A stretch of DNA of 64,000 bases from Candidatus Micrarchaeota archaeon. GTDB lineage: Archaea > Micrarchaeota > Micrarchaeia > Micrarchaeales > CABMGC01. Position numbers and translations under genes: made by a program. The notes under the pieces were generated by a model. The model did no database searches. It was not told where the DNA came from and saw nothing but the letters and a program-made list of their open reading frames with translations. Shown piece after piece: positions 9,345 through 20,387 of the stretch. The stretch covers positions 39,520 to 103,519 of the forward strand of contig JAJZKO010000002.1 in the NCBI GenBank assembly GCA_021850805.1. Direction: 5' to 3'. Each line of letters begins with the position of its first letter. Positions within the stretch are counted from its first letter, which is position 1.

Positions 9345-10952
9345 TCAGTCCAGTGTAGTTATCCCCTTCTTCTCATATGCCACCTTCAACCCTGAGGCTA
9401 TTCCCCACGGATAGAAGAGCAGCACAGATACAACTACAACAATCGCCGATGCCTCTATAAATGGCACAGTATTATACAAACCTGTGCTCCCTATTGCGGT
9501 CATAAAGAGCAGGAACGCTATGTATACAATATACCATATTGAGTTGTTGAAGTGCTCCCGTACCTTGAACCAGTATGCGAATACCGCAACTGCAACAGCA
9601 AGTATCAATATCGCATAAGGCACAGACGGCCATCCGCTCCAGAAAACTATCAAAGATGCAGCTGCAAATGCAATTGGGGCTATCACAGGCCCTGCCCTGC
9701 CGAGAAGCGGTTTCCTTGTAGTCCCCTGCCTCCTTGATATGATCATTGCAACAGGGTTCGTTGAGAAGCCTATATAGCCTGCCACTACTGCATCTGTAAG
9801 AAGTCCGTAAATGGAAGGCAACGGTGCAGCTATAAAAGCAACCACGCTGCCAACTATTGCAAATATCACGAGTGATATATACGGTATCGCATAAGTCTCG
9901 TTCAGCTTTTTCATTGACTTATTCACTATCCCTGACCTTCCCATGGCAAAGAGCAGCCTTGATCCGCCGCCAAGATAGATATATCCTGTCACAAACGGGC
10001 CTATTATCCCTACAAAAGCCGCGATTACCAGCAGCCATAGAGCATTATAATTGCCTGCCAGATAAACGAATGGGTTGCCTACAAGGCTGGAAAGGCTTGA
10101 CCACTGCCCAGCGGCAGTTGCCCCGAGAGATGTTATCGCAGTGGAAGCCCAGTTTATCCCTCCGACGAAGACGGCATCGAAAAGCAGGTAGATGAGCGAC
10201 TGCCCTACTATCGTCAGTATTATGGCTTTCCACAAGAAACTCTTCGATTTGAGCTCCTCCGCGTAATCCGGTATCACCCTTATGCCTCCGAAGGCAAACA
10301 TCGCAAGTGGTATTGCAGAGAATATGCCTGCGAATCCAAACGGCGCGAACCCGCCGCTGTATCCTGTAAAGTTCTTCGCGTTGAAGAATACAAATGCAAG
10401 CCCAAGCGCAACGACAACATACGCTATAATCTTTATTACTCCAAATGCCGCTGTAGACCTTCCGAATTTTCTAACCCCGAAGTAGTTGAACGGCACGAAG
10501 AGCAGAAGCAGTACCACGCCTATAACTGCACCTACTAGCGTGGGCGCTCCCGATGAAGTTAGAAGCGTAGGGAAGAAGTAATCCAAGCCTTCCACAACCG
10601 CAAGAGCCTCGACAGGCGGTATAAAAAGATACCATATCAGGTCCGCGAACGCATTTATGAGATTGGTGAACCTTCCGTGAGTGTACAGGGAATACCTAGA
10701 AGGCCCTCCCGCTTCAGGATGCACGGCAGAGAGCTCGACATATGTAAGTCCTATCGTAGCGTAAAAGAGCGCCCCTATAATCCAGGCAAGTATACTGCCA
10801 GGGCCGGCTATCGCAGTCATTCCCGCCGGACTGAATAATGCCGCAGTTCCTACTGCACCAACGACTCCTATTATGAAAATCTGAAACAGGCTAAGTTCCT
10901 TCTTAAGCCCAGGTTTGCGTTTTGTATTTTTACTTGCCGTTCCAACACCCAC
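9345..10952 (-). CDS. amino acid/polyamine (APC superfamily) permease
   Basis: 535 aa. It is highly hydrophobic, with at least 12 predicted TM segments, and glycine-rich helices typical of APC transporters. The family-level call rests only on overall pattern. Confidence 0.6.
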   Translation of the reverse strand: MGVGTASKNTKRKPGLKKELSLFQIFIIGVVGAVGTAALFSPAGMTAIAGPGSILAWIIGALFYATIGLTYVELSAVHPEAGGPSRYSLYTHGRFTNLINAFADLIWYLFIPPVEALAVVEGLDYFFPTLLTSSGAPTLVGAVIGVVLLLLFVPFNYFGVRKFGRSTAAFGVIKIIAYVVVALGLAFVFFNAKNFTGYSGGFAPFGFAGIFSAIPLAMFAFGGIRVIPDYAEELKSKSFLWKAIILTIVGQSLIYLLFDAVFVGGINWASTAITSLGATAAGQWSSLSSLVGNPFVYLAGNYNALWLLVIAAFVGIIGPFVTGYIYLGGGSRLLFAMGRSGIVNKSMKKLNETYAIPYISLVIFAIVGSVVAFIAAPLPSIYGLLTDAVVAGYIGFSTNPVAMIISRRQGTTRKPLLGRAGPVIAPIAFAAASLIVFWSGWPSVPYAILILAVAVAVFAYWFKVREHFNNSIWYIVYIAFLLFMTAIGSTGLYNTVPFIEASAIVVVVSVLLFYPWGIASGLKVAYEKKGITTLD

Positions 10953-11103
10953 TTTCTCTTCTCTGCAAAAGTTTTAAATACTTACTAATCAAAAGCAACA
11001 TTCCCAGCCATGGCAGCCAATAAATATAGCAAATTGCTGTAAATTTCAGCTAATAATTGATATTTTCAATAAAAAGTTATAAAAAAACAAAACATATATA
11101 TAC

Positions 11104-11589
11104 ATGCATGCATATAATCTTAGCATGCAGAGTGTCGAGCGTATAGTTATACGCTACACAAGCACGCCGCAGATAAATGACCTCACAGAGCTTTCGGTAT
11201 GGCTATGCATGGTGTTTGGCCTATCCAACGGGCAGGATCGCAGTGAAGCGAGGATCCTAGAAAGCATAATACAGAAGAGCATAACTGGAGATGGAATAAC
11301 GAGCAAGGAGATAAGCGAGACTGTAAAAGTCCCAAGAAGCACGGTAATATACCACCTTAATAGGTTTCTATCTTCTGGCCTCATAGTGCGCAGCGGAAGG
11401 AAGTATTTCCTCAGGTCTAACGATATGGCAAGCACGATAGAGGAGATAGAGTCCGACATGCTACGCGAATTCAACAGGCTAATACACATGGCAGAAAGAT
11501 TTGACCAGATAATGGGTGAAAACTCTCATGGACGAGGAAAAGAACCAAAAGCAGGCCGACAGCGCCAAAGGGCAGTCGCAGGCAGATAA
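11104..11589 (+). CDS. winged-helix transcriptional regulator upstream of grpE
   Basis: HTH-like segment GITSKEISETVKVPRSTVIYHLNRFLSSGLIVRSGRKYFL. The N-terminal extent is uncertain because internal Met codons exist. The 3' end overlaps the grpE ORF by about 74 nt in another frame. Confidence 0.55.
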   Translation: MHAYNLSMQSVERIVIRYTSTPQINDLTELSVWLCMVFGLSNGQDRSEARILESIIQKSITGDGITSKEISETVKVPRSTVIYHLNRFLSSGLIVRSGRKYFLRSNDMASTIEEIESDMLREFNRLIHMAERFDQIMGENSHGRGKEPKAGRQRQRAVAGR

Positions 11590-12097
11590 ACAGCAACCGA
11601 AGGAGGAAGCTGCACGGGCTCAGGAGCAGCCAAAGCCTGCACAGGCAGGCAATCCCGCGGAAGAGCTGAAGGAGCTCAGCGACAGGCACCTCCGCCTAGC
11701 GGCAGAGTTTGACAATTACAAAAAGAGGACGGCGAAGGATATAGAAAACTCAAAGAATATAGGCAAGGCTGAGATGCTAAGCAAAATCCTGCCGATACTG
11801 GATGAGTTTGAGATAGCCATAGACGCAATGGCGAAGAAGGGAGAGACGGACAGAGGCATGGAACTGATATTCTCAAACTTCGTGAGTGCGCTTAAGGGCG
11901 CCGGCTTGCAGGAGATAACAGCGGAGGGCAGTTCAGATCCGTACAAGCACGAGATACTCATGGCACGAGAGTCTGAAGAGGAAGACGGGAAGATACTCGA
12001 GGTCGTGCGGAAAGGCTATACGTTCAACGGCATAATGATACGCCCCGCTTCAGTAATCGTATCGAAAAAACAGGAATCAAGAAAAGATGATAAATAG
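11516..12097 (+). CDS. grpE: nucleotide exchange factor GrpE
   Basis: 193 aa. It contains [13 protein letters not shown] and a low-complexity N-terminus. The start is GTG at 11516 or ATG at 11528. dnaK follows. Confidence 0.9.
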   Translation: MKTLMDEEKNQKQADSAKGQSQADKQQPKEEAARAQEQPKPAQAGNPAEELKELSDRHLRLAAEFDNYKKRTAKDIENSKNIGKAEMLSKILPILDEFEIAIDAMAKKGETDRGMELIFSNFVSALKGAGLQEITAEGSSDPYKHEILMARESEEEDGKILEVVRKGYTFNGIMIRPASVIVSKKQESRKDDK

Positions 12098-12105
12098 GTG
12101 AAAAT

Positions 12106-13974
12106 ATGAAGATCATAGGAATAGATCTGGGAACATCAAACTCTGCAGCTTCAGTTCTTGAAGGTGGCAGACCAGTGCTCATACCGAGCTCCGAGGGTAC
12201 GTCATTATATGGGAAGTCATTCCCAAGCTACGTAGCATTTACCAAAGACGGCCAGCGGCTTGTAGGCGAGCCCGCGAAGCGCCAGGCAGTGGCAAATCCG
12301 GATGGTACGGTAAATGCATTCAAGAGAAAGATGGGAACCAACTACAAGTATAAGATATTCGGGAAGGAGTATACCCCGCAAGAATTATCCGCAATGGTGC
12401 TCCAGAAGATAAAGAAGGATGCGGAAGCCTTCCTCGGCGAAGAGGTAAAGAAGGCGGTGATAACCGTGCCTGCGTACTTCGACGATAACCAGCGCCAGGC
12501 AACAAAAGATGCAGGCGAGATAGCAGGCCTTGAAGTAGTCAGGCTTGTAAACGAGCCAACAGCAGCCTCACTGGCATACGGCCTTGACAAGCAGTCCAAG
12601 GAGATGAAGATACTTGTATACGACTTCGGAGGAGGAACCCTCGACGTCACAGTGATGGAATTCGGCAACGGTGTGTTCGAGGTAAAGTCGACAAGCGGCG
12701 ATACCCAGCTTGGAGGTACTGATATGGATTTCGCAATAGTCAATTTCCTACTAGGCGAGATAAAGAAGCAGCATAACGTTGATATCTCAAAGGACAATCA
12801 AGCCATGCAGCGCTTGAGGGAGGCTGCTGAGAAGGCAAAGATAGAGCTCTCAACAGTCCTGAGCAGCGACATAAACCTTCCCTTCCTCACGATGGGACCT
12901 GGCAATGCGCCCATACACTTCACATACTCGCTGACCAGGGCGAAGCTTGAGGATATCGTGGTCAGCATCGTAGAAAAGACAACGAAGCCTGTAATGCAGG
13001 CGCTCAAGGATGCGAAGCTTGAACCTAATGACATAAGCAAGATAATACTAGTTGGCGGACCTACAAGGATGCCAATAGTGCAGAGATATGTAGAGCAGCT
13101 CCTCGGGAAGAAGATAGAGCGCGGAGTGGATCCGATGGAAGCAGTGGCGTTCGGCGCCGCCATACAGGGAGGTGTGCTGACTGGCGAGGTAAAAGACATA
13201 GTGCTCCTCGACGTGACACCGCTCTCGCTGGGCTTGGAGACCTACGGCGGAGTAATGACAAAACTCATAGAGAGGAACACCACGATACCTGTAAAGAAGA
13301 CGCAAATCTTCACCACTGCAGAGGACAATCAGCCTGCTGTTGACATAAACATACTCCAAGGCGAGCGTGCGATGGCCAAATCAAACATAGAGCTTGGTAA
13401 ATTCCAGCTTACCGGTCTTCCTCCATCCCCGCGCGGCACTCCACAGATAGAAGTAACCTTCGATATAGACGCAAACGGGATACTGCATGTGAGCGCAAAA
13501 GACAAAGCTACCGGCAAGGAGCAGTCAATGAAAGTTGCCGCGCCCAATAAGATGAGCAGGGAAGAAATCGACAAAAAGATAAAGGAAGCGGAGGAGGCGG
13601 CGGATCAGGACAAGAAAGATCTAGAGCGGATACAGATGAAGAATGAGGCTGAAGCCACCGTATACACTACTGAGAGAACAATAAAGGAATTTAAGGATAA
13701 GGTTCCAAAGGAAATAATAGAAAAGGTCGAGAATGCGAACAATGCCCTGAAAGAGGCAATAAAGGCTGATAATACGGAGAGCATCGAAGGCAAGCTTAAT
13801 GAGCTGAAGAGCGTGCTGCAGGAGATAGGCTCCAGCATATACAAGGGCGGTGGTCCAGGAGAGTCTCCTGATGGGCAGGCCCAGGCTCAAGGCCCAAGCT
13901 CAGATGGAGCTCCGGGTCCAGATGGAGGCCAGCCTGGTGACACTATAAACACCGACTTCCAAGTCAAAAAATAG
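12106..13974 (+). CDS. dnaK: Hsp70 chaperone DnaK
   Basis: 622 aa. It contains [18 protein letters not shown] and VGGPTRMP. Confidence 0.97.
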   Translation: MKIIGIDLGTSNSAASVLEGGRPVLIPSSEGTSLYGKSFPSYVAFTKDGQRLVGEPAKRQAVANPDGTVNAFKRKMGTNYKYKIFGKEYTPQELSAMVLQKIKKDAEAFLGEEVKKAVITVPAYFDDNQRQATKDAGEIAGLEVVRLVNEPTAASLAYGLDKQSKEMKILVYDFGGGTLDVTVMEFGNGVFEVKSTSGDTQLGGTDMDFAIVNFLLGEIKKQHNVDISKDNQAMQRLREAAEKAKIELSTVLSSDINLPFLTMGPGNAPIHFTYSLTRAKLEDIVVSIVEKTTKPVMQALKDAKLEPNDISKIILVGGPTRMPIVQRYVEQLLGKKIERGVDPMEAVAFGAAIQGGVLTGEVKDIVLLDVTPLSLGLETYGGVMTKLIERNTTIPVKKTQIFTTAEDNQPAVDINILQGERAMAKSNIELGKFQLTGLPPSPRGTPQIEVTFDIDANGILHVSAKDKATGKEQSMKVAAPNKMSREEIDKKIKEAEEAADQDKKDLERIQMKNEAEATVYTTERTIKEFKDKVPKEIIEKVENANNALKEAIKADNTESIEGKLNELKSVLQEIGSSIYKGGGPGESPDGQAQAQGPSSDGAPGPDGGQPGDTINTDFQVKK

Positions 13975-13982
13975 TGTAGCGT

Positions 13983-15110
13983 ATGGATAAAGACTACTAC
14001 GATGTCCTCGGAGTGCAGAAATCCGCCTCCCAGGAAGAGATAAAGAAGGCCTACAGGGAACTGGCCCTAAAATACCATCCCGACAGGAACAAAGCCCCTG
14101 ATGCCGAGGAGAAATTCAAGGAGATAAACGAAGCATATGCTGTCCTCAGCGACCCCCAAAAGAGGACGCAGTACGACACATACGGTCCGGATAAGTTCGG
14201 GCAGAGGTATTCACAGGAGGATATCTTCAGGGGCTTCAACTTCGAAGACATATTCAAGGATATGGGAATAAACATAAACTTCGGAGGTTTCGAGAGCAGC
14301 GAAATATTCGGCAATCTCTTCGGAATGCCGCAGGCGCATGCAAGGGGGGATATAGGCCAGAACATACTCTACCGCATGGACCTGTCCCTAGAGGAGGCAG
14401 TTCTCGGAACACAAAAGGAGATAAACATAAGGCATGTAAAGAAATGCCAGAGCTGCGGCGGCTCAGGAGGAGATAAAGGTGCGAAGATGGTGCAGTGCAG
14501 CGCATGCCACGGATCAGGATACATTGCCATAGTTAGGAACTCCATGTTCGGGCGAGTGCAGACAATGTCGGCATGTGCGCGCTGTGGTGGCAGAGGCAAG
14601 TACTACGATAAAAAATGCAAGGTGTGCTCCGGTAAAGGCGGCGTACCTGCAACCGAGACTGTAGAGGTAAGAATTCCTGAGGGTGTAGAGGACGGCATGC
14701 GCCTCCGTCTCCAAGGCATGGGCGATTTCGGGAAGGATGGGAGCGGCGACCTATACGTGGAGGTCCATACGCTCGAGAGCGATAGGTTCAAGCGTGACGG
14801 CGACGACATAATAAGCGAAGTCAGCTTGCCTTTCTATACGGCCATACTGGGCGGCATCGTGCAGGCGCAAACAATACGCGGAAAGCATGAGATAGAGATA
14901 AGCCCAGGTACAGAACCTGGAAAGCGCATAATCATTAAAGGCGCAGGATCAAAGAGATTCAGGCACGGTGGATATGGGGACCACGTGTTCATAATAAAAG
15001 TGGAGATACCAAAGTCGCTCTCACCGGAGGAGAAGGAACTGATAAGCAGGTATAAGGATCTCAACGAGAAGCATCACGACGAATCCCGAAAGAAGTTCGG
15101 CATATTCTAG
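13983..15110 (+). CDS. dnaJ: Hsp40 co-chaperone DnaJ
   Basis: 375 aa. The J domain carries DYYDVLGV and HPD. There are four CxxCxGxG zinc motifs: [24 protein letters not shown] and CKVCSGKG. Confidence 0.95.
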   Translation: MDKDYYDVLGVQKSASQEEIKKAYRELALKYHPDRNKAPDAEEKFKEINEAYAVLSDPQKRTQYDTYGPDKFGQRYSQEDIFRGFNFEDIFKDMGININFGGFESSEIFGNLFGMPQAHARGDIGQNILYRMDLSLEEAVLGTQKEINIRHVKKCQSCGGSGGDKGAKMVQCSACHGSGYIAIVRNSMFGRVQTMSACARCGGRGKYYDKKCKVCSGKGGVPATETVEVRIPEGVEDGMRLRLQGMGDFGKDGSGDLYVEVHTLESDRFKRDGDDIISEVSLPFYTAILGGIVQAQTIRGKHEIEISPGTEPGKRIIIKGAGSKRFRHGGYGDHVFIIKVEIPKSLSPEEKELISRYKDLNEKHHDESRKKFGIF

Positions 15111-16111
15111 ATGCTCCTTCCCTCCTTGCCTATCCTTGACAGAGTAAAGAGGAGCACTGCCATAACCAGGATGCCCATCGCAAAGAACTCTGATGCTGTC
15201 ACAATGCTCATGCCCTTTGCCAAATACGCTATGCCAAGCGCAATGTTGACAAAGGCAAACAGTGGCGGTATAGCAGGCAGGCCTATCATATACTTCTTAA
15301 GCAGCACCATTGTGGCTATAAGCCCTGCAAAGGCACCCACCACAACGAAATCTCCAAAGAACGTGCTTGCGAATCCGACATAAGCACCTACAGCAACCAT
15401 CAGAGGCACGGCAAGATCTCCGCTTCCAAGCATAATCTGCGATACGACGGGAAATCTCCCTTCCCTTGCATAATCCCTTATTATCTTATCCTTGTACATG
15501 CCTTCCTTCTTGAGTCTGTTAAGTATCTCTCCCTTCTTTTCCTTGAAGTAGCCCTTTGGCATTATCTCCACCTCAGAAGACCCTATGAGGAAAGCCAGAT
15601 TGAGGTTCAGGGCACCCTTCGCAAGCGCAAGCATGTGCTTGGTAACGAACACTGCAATGTAATCGTAAAGGGCTATTATCGCCATAAATGCGTACGCAAA
15701 CTGGAAACCGGAGATGCCAAGCGCAAGCCCCACTCCCATGCTTGCAAGGACAGCTGCGGTATTTCTCAGCGACTGCTTTTTATTTTTTGCAATAACCAAG
15801 CCAACCGCTAGCGCAGCCGATACAAGCGCTGCATATGTGTAATCTGCGGGACTCACAACAGATCCGATAACAAGGAAGAAGAGGAAGGATGTGGCTATCA
15901 GTATCACCGCAGCCTCAAAGAGCCTGTAGAGTATCTGCCCCTTGACCCTCTTGAAGAGCCATATGAGGGCAAAACTCACGACAAAAAGATAGACAATGAA
16001 TATCAGGAAGAATCCAGGAGTCGCCTGCGGCGTACCTGCAGACTGCAGGTTTTGACCCAGCGCATATATTGGAAAGGCAAACTCCGCAACGAGCAGACCG
16101 CCAAACTGCAC
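15107..16111 (-). CDS. presenilin/signal-peptide-peptidase-like intramembrane aspartyl protease (A22 family)
   Basis: 334 aa polytopic membrane protein. It has [13 protein letters not shown] (YD motif), [10 protein letters not shown] (GxGD motif) and a PAL-like GLPAIPP near the C-terminus. Confidence 0.7.
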   Translation of the reverse strand: MQFGGLLVAEFAFPIYALGQNLQSAGTPQATPGFFLIFIVYLFVVSFALIWLFKRVKGQILYRLFEAAVILIATSFLFFLVIGSVVSPADYTYAALVSAALAVGLVIAKNKKQSLRNTAAVLASMGVGLALGISGFQFAYAFMAIIALYDYIAVFVTKHMLALAKGALNLNLAFLIGSSEVEIMPKGYFKEKKGEILNRLKKEGMYKDKIIRDYAREGRFPVVSQIMLGSGDLAVPLMVAVGAYVGFASTFFGDFVVVGAFAGLIATMVLLKKYMIGLPAIPPLFAFVNIALGIAYLAKGMSIVTASEFFAMGILVMAVLLFTLSRIGKEGRSI

Positions 16112-16185
16112 TATAAGGAAAAGCGTAATTATGTTTGCCAGCTGCCTATACTCTATTATCCTTTCCAGACCAACACCGAATGCAT

Positions 16186-18249
16186 CTACTCCTCATCCCT
16201 CCGTACAGTCTTATATACCCCTGGCTTCGGGCAGAAGATGTCTCCCGAGCGCTCAAGTTCATATATATACTTCTCTGCCTGCCCCTTCTCCACTCCCTGC
16301 TTCTCAGCCTCTTCAAGTATCCTCACTATTTTCGCGGACCCCCCTTCCTGGCTCTCGAGGCTCTTAACTATGCCCATGATTATATTTATCTTGTTTACCT
16401 TTTCCCTTGGCATGCCTGTTATCAGCGTGTCTATATCCTTCCTGCCTCCCCTATCAACCGCAAGGGTGTTAAGCATAGTCTCAAAGAGCGATATGGCGAG
16501 CTCAGCATCTTTAACCTCTACAGTATTGGCCAGCCTGGACTTGGCACTGGCCTCTGCCATCCTTACAAGCCCCTCTATCTGCCTTGGGGTCATGGGCACA
16601 GCACCTTCCTTTATCCCGAGCGTCCTGAGTTCCACATAATACTCTTCTATCCTCTTGCTGGATTCCTGCGTAAGCCTGGGCTTTACCATCTTCTTTGCAT
16701 ATGCTATGTACTTCCTCAATATCTCCGAATCAAGCGGCGGAAGAGCCACCTGCTCATAATCCTTCATGTCTGCAAGCTGCTCTGCAGCAGCCTTATGCTG
16801 TATTAATATATGCCTTGCTATCACCCTGTCCTCCTCAGGATCCATCACGTCCCTTATTGGGAATATTAAGTCAAACCTCGAGAGCAGTGCAGGAGGTATG
16901 TCAAACTGGTCAGCTGGATAGTCATTGGGGTTGAATCTCCCGTACTTTGGATTTGCAGCCGCAAGCACCGAAGTCTTTGCGTTAAATTTCGCGACTATTC
17001 CTGCCTTAGCAACGCTTATAGTCTGAGACTCAAGGGCCTCGAGAAGCCCTGACTTGTCATCTGCGGTTATCTTGTCGAATTCGTCTATGCTGACCTCCCC
17101 TCCGGCGCCAAGCACAAGAGCCCCGGCCTTAAGTGTCCATCCTCCCTCGGCAAATTCATCACGCTCAGCAGTTGCCGTAAGGCCTGCAGATGTGGTTGAT
17201 TTGCCGCTTACGTAGATTCCCTTCGGGACAAGTGCAGTAACTGCCTGAAGCAATCTTGTCTTAGCGCTTCCAGGGTCTCCAATCAGCATTATATGTATGT
17301 CGCTCCTTATGGGCCCTCCATCTATAAGCTTCTTGTCAGGTGTCCCGCTGAAGAGCTGCAGGGCCAGCGCCTTCTTTATATCCTCATGACCGTATATTGA
17401 AGGCGCTATGGATTTGGCTATCTTCTGGAATATCTGCGGATCCTTTGACATCTCTATTATCCGCGCCTCGTCCTCCTTGGTTATGTCTATCTCTGCAAAT
17501 TCCTTCTGCTTGTGTACTACCGAGATGCTGTCCAAGAACATGGTGAATAGCACTTTGTCCTCCTTGCCCCTGAATGTCTTCCTTGGCTTTATCCTGAGTA
17601 TCCCAGTTATGCTTATCCTGTCACCAGGTATAACCGTATTTACCATGTCGTCCTCGAGCCATACCTCAAGCTGCCACGTTGGGGTATTCCCGCGCAGCCT
17701 CTCGAGCGGATCCTGAACTGCTATCCTCTGGAGATTTATGAACTCGGATTCTTCATTGACCTGTTTCAGCGACCTGCGCCTGCACTGCGGGCATATCTCC
17801 TGAACGTTGTCCCTGTCTATCTTGACCTTGAGTACTGTGGAGCAGAACCCGCACCTGAATACGCCTACATTGACCTTTGGTGTTATCTCTGACCTCTTGA
17901 CCACCAGAGAGTCGAGGGTAAGGAGCTTACCTATATACTGGGATCCGACATCCTGTATAAGCGGCATTCCTGCATCAGAGCCAAAGAACCTTGCATATAC
18001 AGGTTCCGTAAGCTGCTGGCCAGGGCTGAAGGAGGAGAGTGCGGCATTTGCTATCGGAATGACCTCGTCAGGGTTGTCCACCATGCTATCTGCAAGCTCT
18101 ATGTCAAACTTCTGCAGGTCGCTTATGTTAGGATTCAGGCTCCTCTTTGTCGGGTAGGAAACGAAGAGCTCGTTTATTGCATCTATATAGTATAAATTGA
18201 AGAAATCGACAAATTTCTCCTTGAAGTGTTCCTTGACAATGTCGTCCAT
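16186..18249 (-). CDS. mcm: replicative helicase MCM
   Basis: 687 aa. It has a zinc motif CGFC...CPQC, Walker A GDPGSAKT, Walker B IDEFDK and the arginine finger SRFDL. Its length indicates there is no intein. Confidence 0.95.
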   Translation of the reverse strand: MDDIVKEHFKEKFVDFFNLYYIDAINELFVSYPTKRSLNPNISDLQKFDIELADSMVDNPDEVIPIANAALSSFSPGQQLTEPVYARFFGSDAGMPLIQDVGSQYIGKLLTLDSLVVKRSEITPKVNVGVFRCGFCSTVLKVKIDRDNVQEICPQCRRRSLKQVNEESEFINLQRIAVQDPLERLRGNTPTWQLEVWLEDDMVNTVIPGDRISITGILRIKPRKTFRGKEDKVLFTMFLDSISVVHKQKEFAEIDITKEDEARIIEMSKDPQIFQKIAKSIAPSIYGHEDIKKALALQLFSGTPDKKLIDGGPIRSDIHIMLIGDPGSAKTRLLQAVTALVPKGIYVSGKSTTSAGLTATAERDEFAEGGWTLKAGALVLGAGGEVSIDEFDKITADDKSGLLEALESQTISVAKAGIVAKFNAKTSVLAAANPKYGRFNPNDYPADQFDIPPALLSRFDLIFPIRDVMDPEEDRVIARHILIQHKAAAEQLADMKDYEQVALPPLDSEILRKYIAYAKKMVKPRLTQESSKRIEEYYVELRTLGIKEGAVPMTPRQIEGLVRMAEASAKSRLANTVEVKDAELAISLFETMLNTLAVDRGGRKDIDTLITGMPREKVNKINIIMGIVKSLESQEGGSAKIVRILEEAEKQGVEKGQAEKYIYELERSGDIFCPKPGVYKTVRRDEE

Positions 18250-18346
18250 TATAAAACCCTGAGATATAGAGCAAAGAGGTTTCTCATGGCAGGATAATAA
18301 ATGTTTCTACGAATATAAAGATACATAAAATAAGAAGGGAGCTCCA

Positions 18347-19804
18347 GTGCAGAAATTCTATATAACCACCCCGATATACTATGTAAACGACAAGCCGCAC
18401 ATAGGGCACGCGTACACTACTGTAGCTGCTGACGTTCTTGCAAGATGGCACAGGATACGGGGCGATGAAGTATTCTTCCTCACCGGAACGGATGAGCACG
18501 GTGAAAAGATAAGCGAAGCAGCCAGGAAAAACTCTACAACCCCGAAGGAGTTTGTTGACAGCGTGGTTAAAAAATACATTGACACGTGGAAGATTCTGCA
18601 GATATCCAATGACGATTTCATAAGGACAAGCCAGGAGAGGCACGAGAAAGCTGTGGCCGAGTTTATAAAAAGAATGGACAAATCAGGCGATATATATAAG
18701 GGAGAGTATGAGGGCTGGTACTGCACCCCGGATGAGACATTTGTCACAGAGACGCAGCTCAAAGACGGAAAGTGCCCGTTCTGCGGCAGGGAGGTAAGAC
18801 GGATAAAGGAGGAATCATATTTCTTCAGGATGAGCGGATACAGGGACAGGCTTCTAGAACTATATAAGTCGAACCCTTCATTCCTCTCTCCTGATTTCCG
18901 CTCTGAAGAGATACTCAATAGGATCAACGCGGGCCTTAAGGATCTGAGCATAACCCGCACTGCGGTAAGCTGGGGAATACCGTTTCCACTTGACACAAAA
19001 CACACCATATACGTATGGGTCGAGGCGCTGATAAATTACATAAGCGCCCTCGGCCTCGGCACGGAGAAGTTTAGCGCGTTTTGGCCCGCAGACGTACATC
19101 TGGTAGGAAAGGAGATAAACTGGTTCCATTCGGTCATATGGCCTGCAATGCTCATGTCCGCAGGATTCGATATCCCTGATATGGTATTTGCGCATGGCTG
19201 GTGGACAATAGAGGGCACCAAGATGTCTAAATCCCTCGGCAATGCCGTAGATCCGGTGGAGATGTCAAGAAAATATTCTTCAGATGCATTCCGCTATTTC
19301 CTCCTAAGGGAGATGCCCCTCGGGCAGGATGGCGATTTCTCAGAAAGGGCAATGAAAGCAAGGATAAACAGCGAACTTGCATCGGAGATGGGCAATCTGC
19401 TGCACCGCACAATATCCATAGCCGAAAAATACGACGGCAAGATAAGAGGCCGGCCTGAACTTGATAAAACCCTGAACATCAGTGAGATAGATAGAAAGGT
19501 ATGCACGCTTGATACGTTCGGGGCCCTGGAAGAGATATGGAGGTTTGTGAAGGAGGCGAACAAGTATGTTAACCAGAAAGAGCCGTGGCATCTGGAAGGG
19601 GAAGAGCTCAGTGAGGTGCTCTGCAACCTGCTTGAGGCCTGCAGGGTGATATCCATACTAATCTACCCATTCATGCCTTCCACATCAAGCGAGATGGCAA
19701 AACAGCTCTCATGCACAGAGAAGCCTGAGCTGAAAAACTGCAGTTTCAGGAATGAAGCTCCGAGGCCAAAGAAGGGCAGCCTCCTATTCAAAAAATACGA
19801 GTAA
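18347..19804 (+). CDS. metG: methionyl-tRNA synthetase (core enzyme, no C-terminal tRNA-binding domain)
   Basis: 485 aa. It contains PHIGHAY (HIGH), KMSKSLGN and the zinc knuckle CTPDE...CPFCG. Confidence 0.93.
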   Translation: MQKFYITTPIYYVNDKPHIGHAYTTVAADVLARWHRIRGDEVFFLTGTDEHGEKISEAARKNSTTPKEFVDSVVKKYIDTWKILQISNDDFIRTSQERHEKAVAEFIKRMDKSGDIYKGEYEGWYCTPDETFVTETQLKDGKCPFCGREVRRIKEESYFFRMSGYRDRLLELYKSNPSFLSPDFRSEEILNRINAGLKDLSITRTAVSWGIPFPLDTKHTIYVWVEALINYISALGLGTEKFSAFWPADVHLVGKEINWFHSVIWPAMLMSAGFDIPDMVFAHGWWTIEGTKMSKSLGNAVDPVEMSRKYSSDAFRYFLLREMPLGQDGDFSERAMKARINSELASEMGNLLHRTISIAEKYDGKIRGRPELDKTLNISEIDRKVCTLDTFGALEEIWRFVKEANKYVNQKEPWHLEGEELSEVLCNLLEACRVISILIYPFMPSTSSEMAKQLSCTEKPELKNCSFRNEAPRPKKGSLLFKKYE

Positions 19805-19832
19805 ATGTGGAAAAGCGCCTCTTTACCCAAGT

Positions 19833-20366
19833 CTAAGTATACTTTGCAGTTAGGCTGACTACCTGCTCTATCCTGTTTGAGAATCCGGAAGTGCCCTCTA
19901 TCGTGTAATTTAGCCATAAGTACCCTGTATAATAATTTCCAAGTGGCCCAGCAGCTATCCCTCCGCTGTTGAAGCAGTACACGTTGAATGTATCGTATGT
20001 ATCGGTATAAACAACAGGTGCGTTAAATGTTGCCGGATAGTAAAGTGAATTTGCGGTAACCCAGGAGTTGCCGTAGAGCGGACCATTACCTGATGAATTG
20101 AACTGGCTGGAGCAGGCAATCCCATTTATCTTCATATTTCCGCCAAGGGCCTGTGCCAGGTTTATGGCCAATACGCCATTGCTGCTAAGCGAGTAAAATC
20201 CGCAAGAAAAGCCAGGGACTGACGCACAGTTCGGGCTCGCCTGTGCCGGCGCATTCACGCTCACGCTGAATATTATGAAAAGGGATATGGAGAGTACCAG
20301 AATTCCGAAACCGAGGGAAACAAGGTAATCGACTGCAGATTGCAGCCTTAGATTGCCGCGCTTCAT
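19833..20366 (-). CDS. pilin-like secreted protein with class III (type IV prepilin-like) signal peptide
   Basis: From ATG 20366 the N-terminus is MKRGNLRLQSAVDYLVSLGFGILVL. This is a basic leader, then Q, then a hydrophobic helix, in the style of QxSxEYL. The ORF track start (TTG at 20387) is less likely. Confidence 0.6.
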   Translation of the reverse strand: MKRGNLRLQSAVDYLVSLGFGILVLSISLFIIFSVSVNAPAQASPNCASVPGFSCGFYSLSSNGVLAINLAQALGGNMKINGIACSSQFNSSGNGPLYGNSWVTANSLYYPATFNAPVVYTDTYDTFNVYCFNSGGIAAGPLGNYYTGYLWLNYTIEGTSGFSNRIEQVVSLTAKYT

Positions 20367-20387
20367 TGCGTTTCTTGAGAGATCCAA

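Noticed and set aside
16052-16806. 195-aa and 223-aa plus-strand ORFs overlapping the MCM gene
   Set aside because: They are antisense to a well-supported MCM coding sequence. Their translations are Ser/Leu/Pro-rich with no motifs.
16186-18249. Inteins in MCM, RadA, RpoA or thermosome
   Set aside because: All have normal lengths and contiguous conserved motifs, and no Cys/Ser...HN splice-junction blocks were seen.
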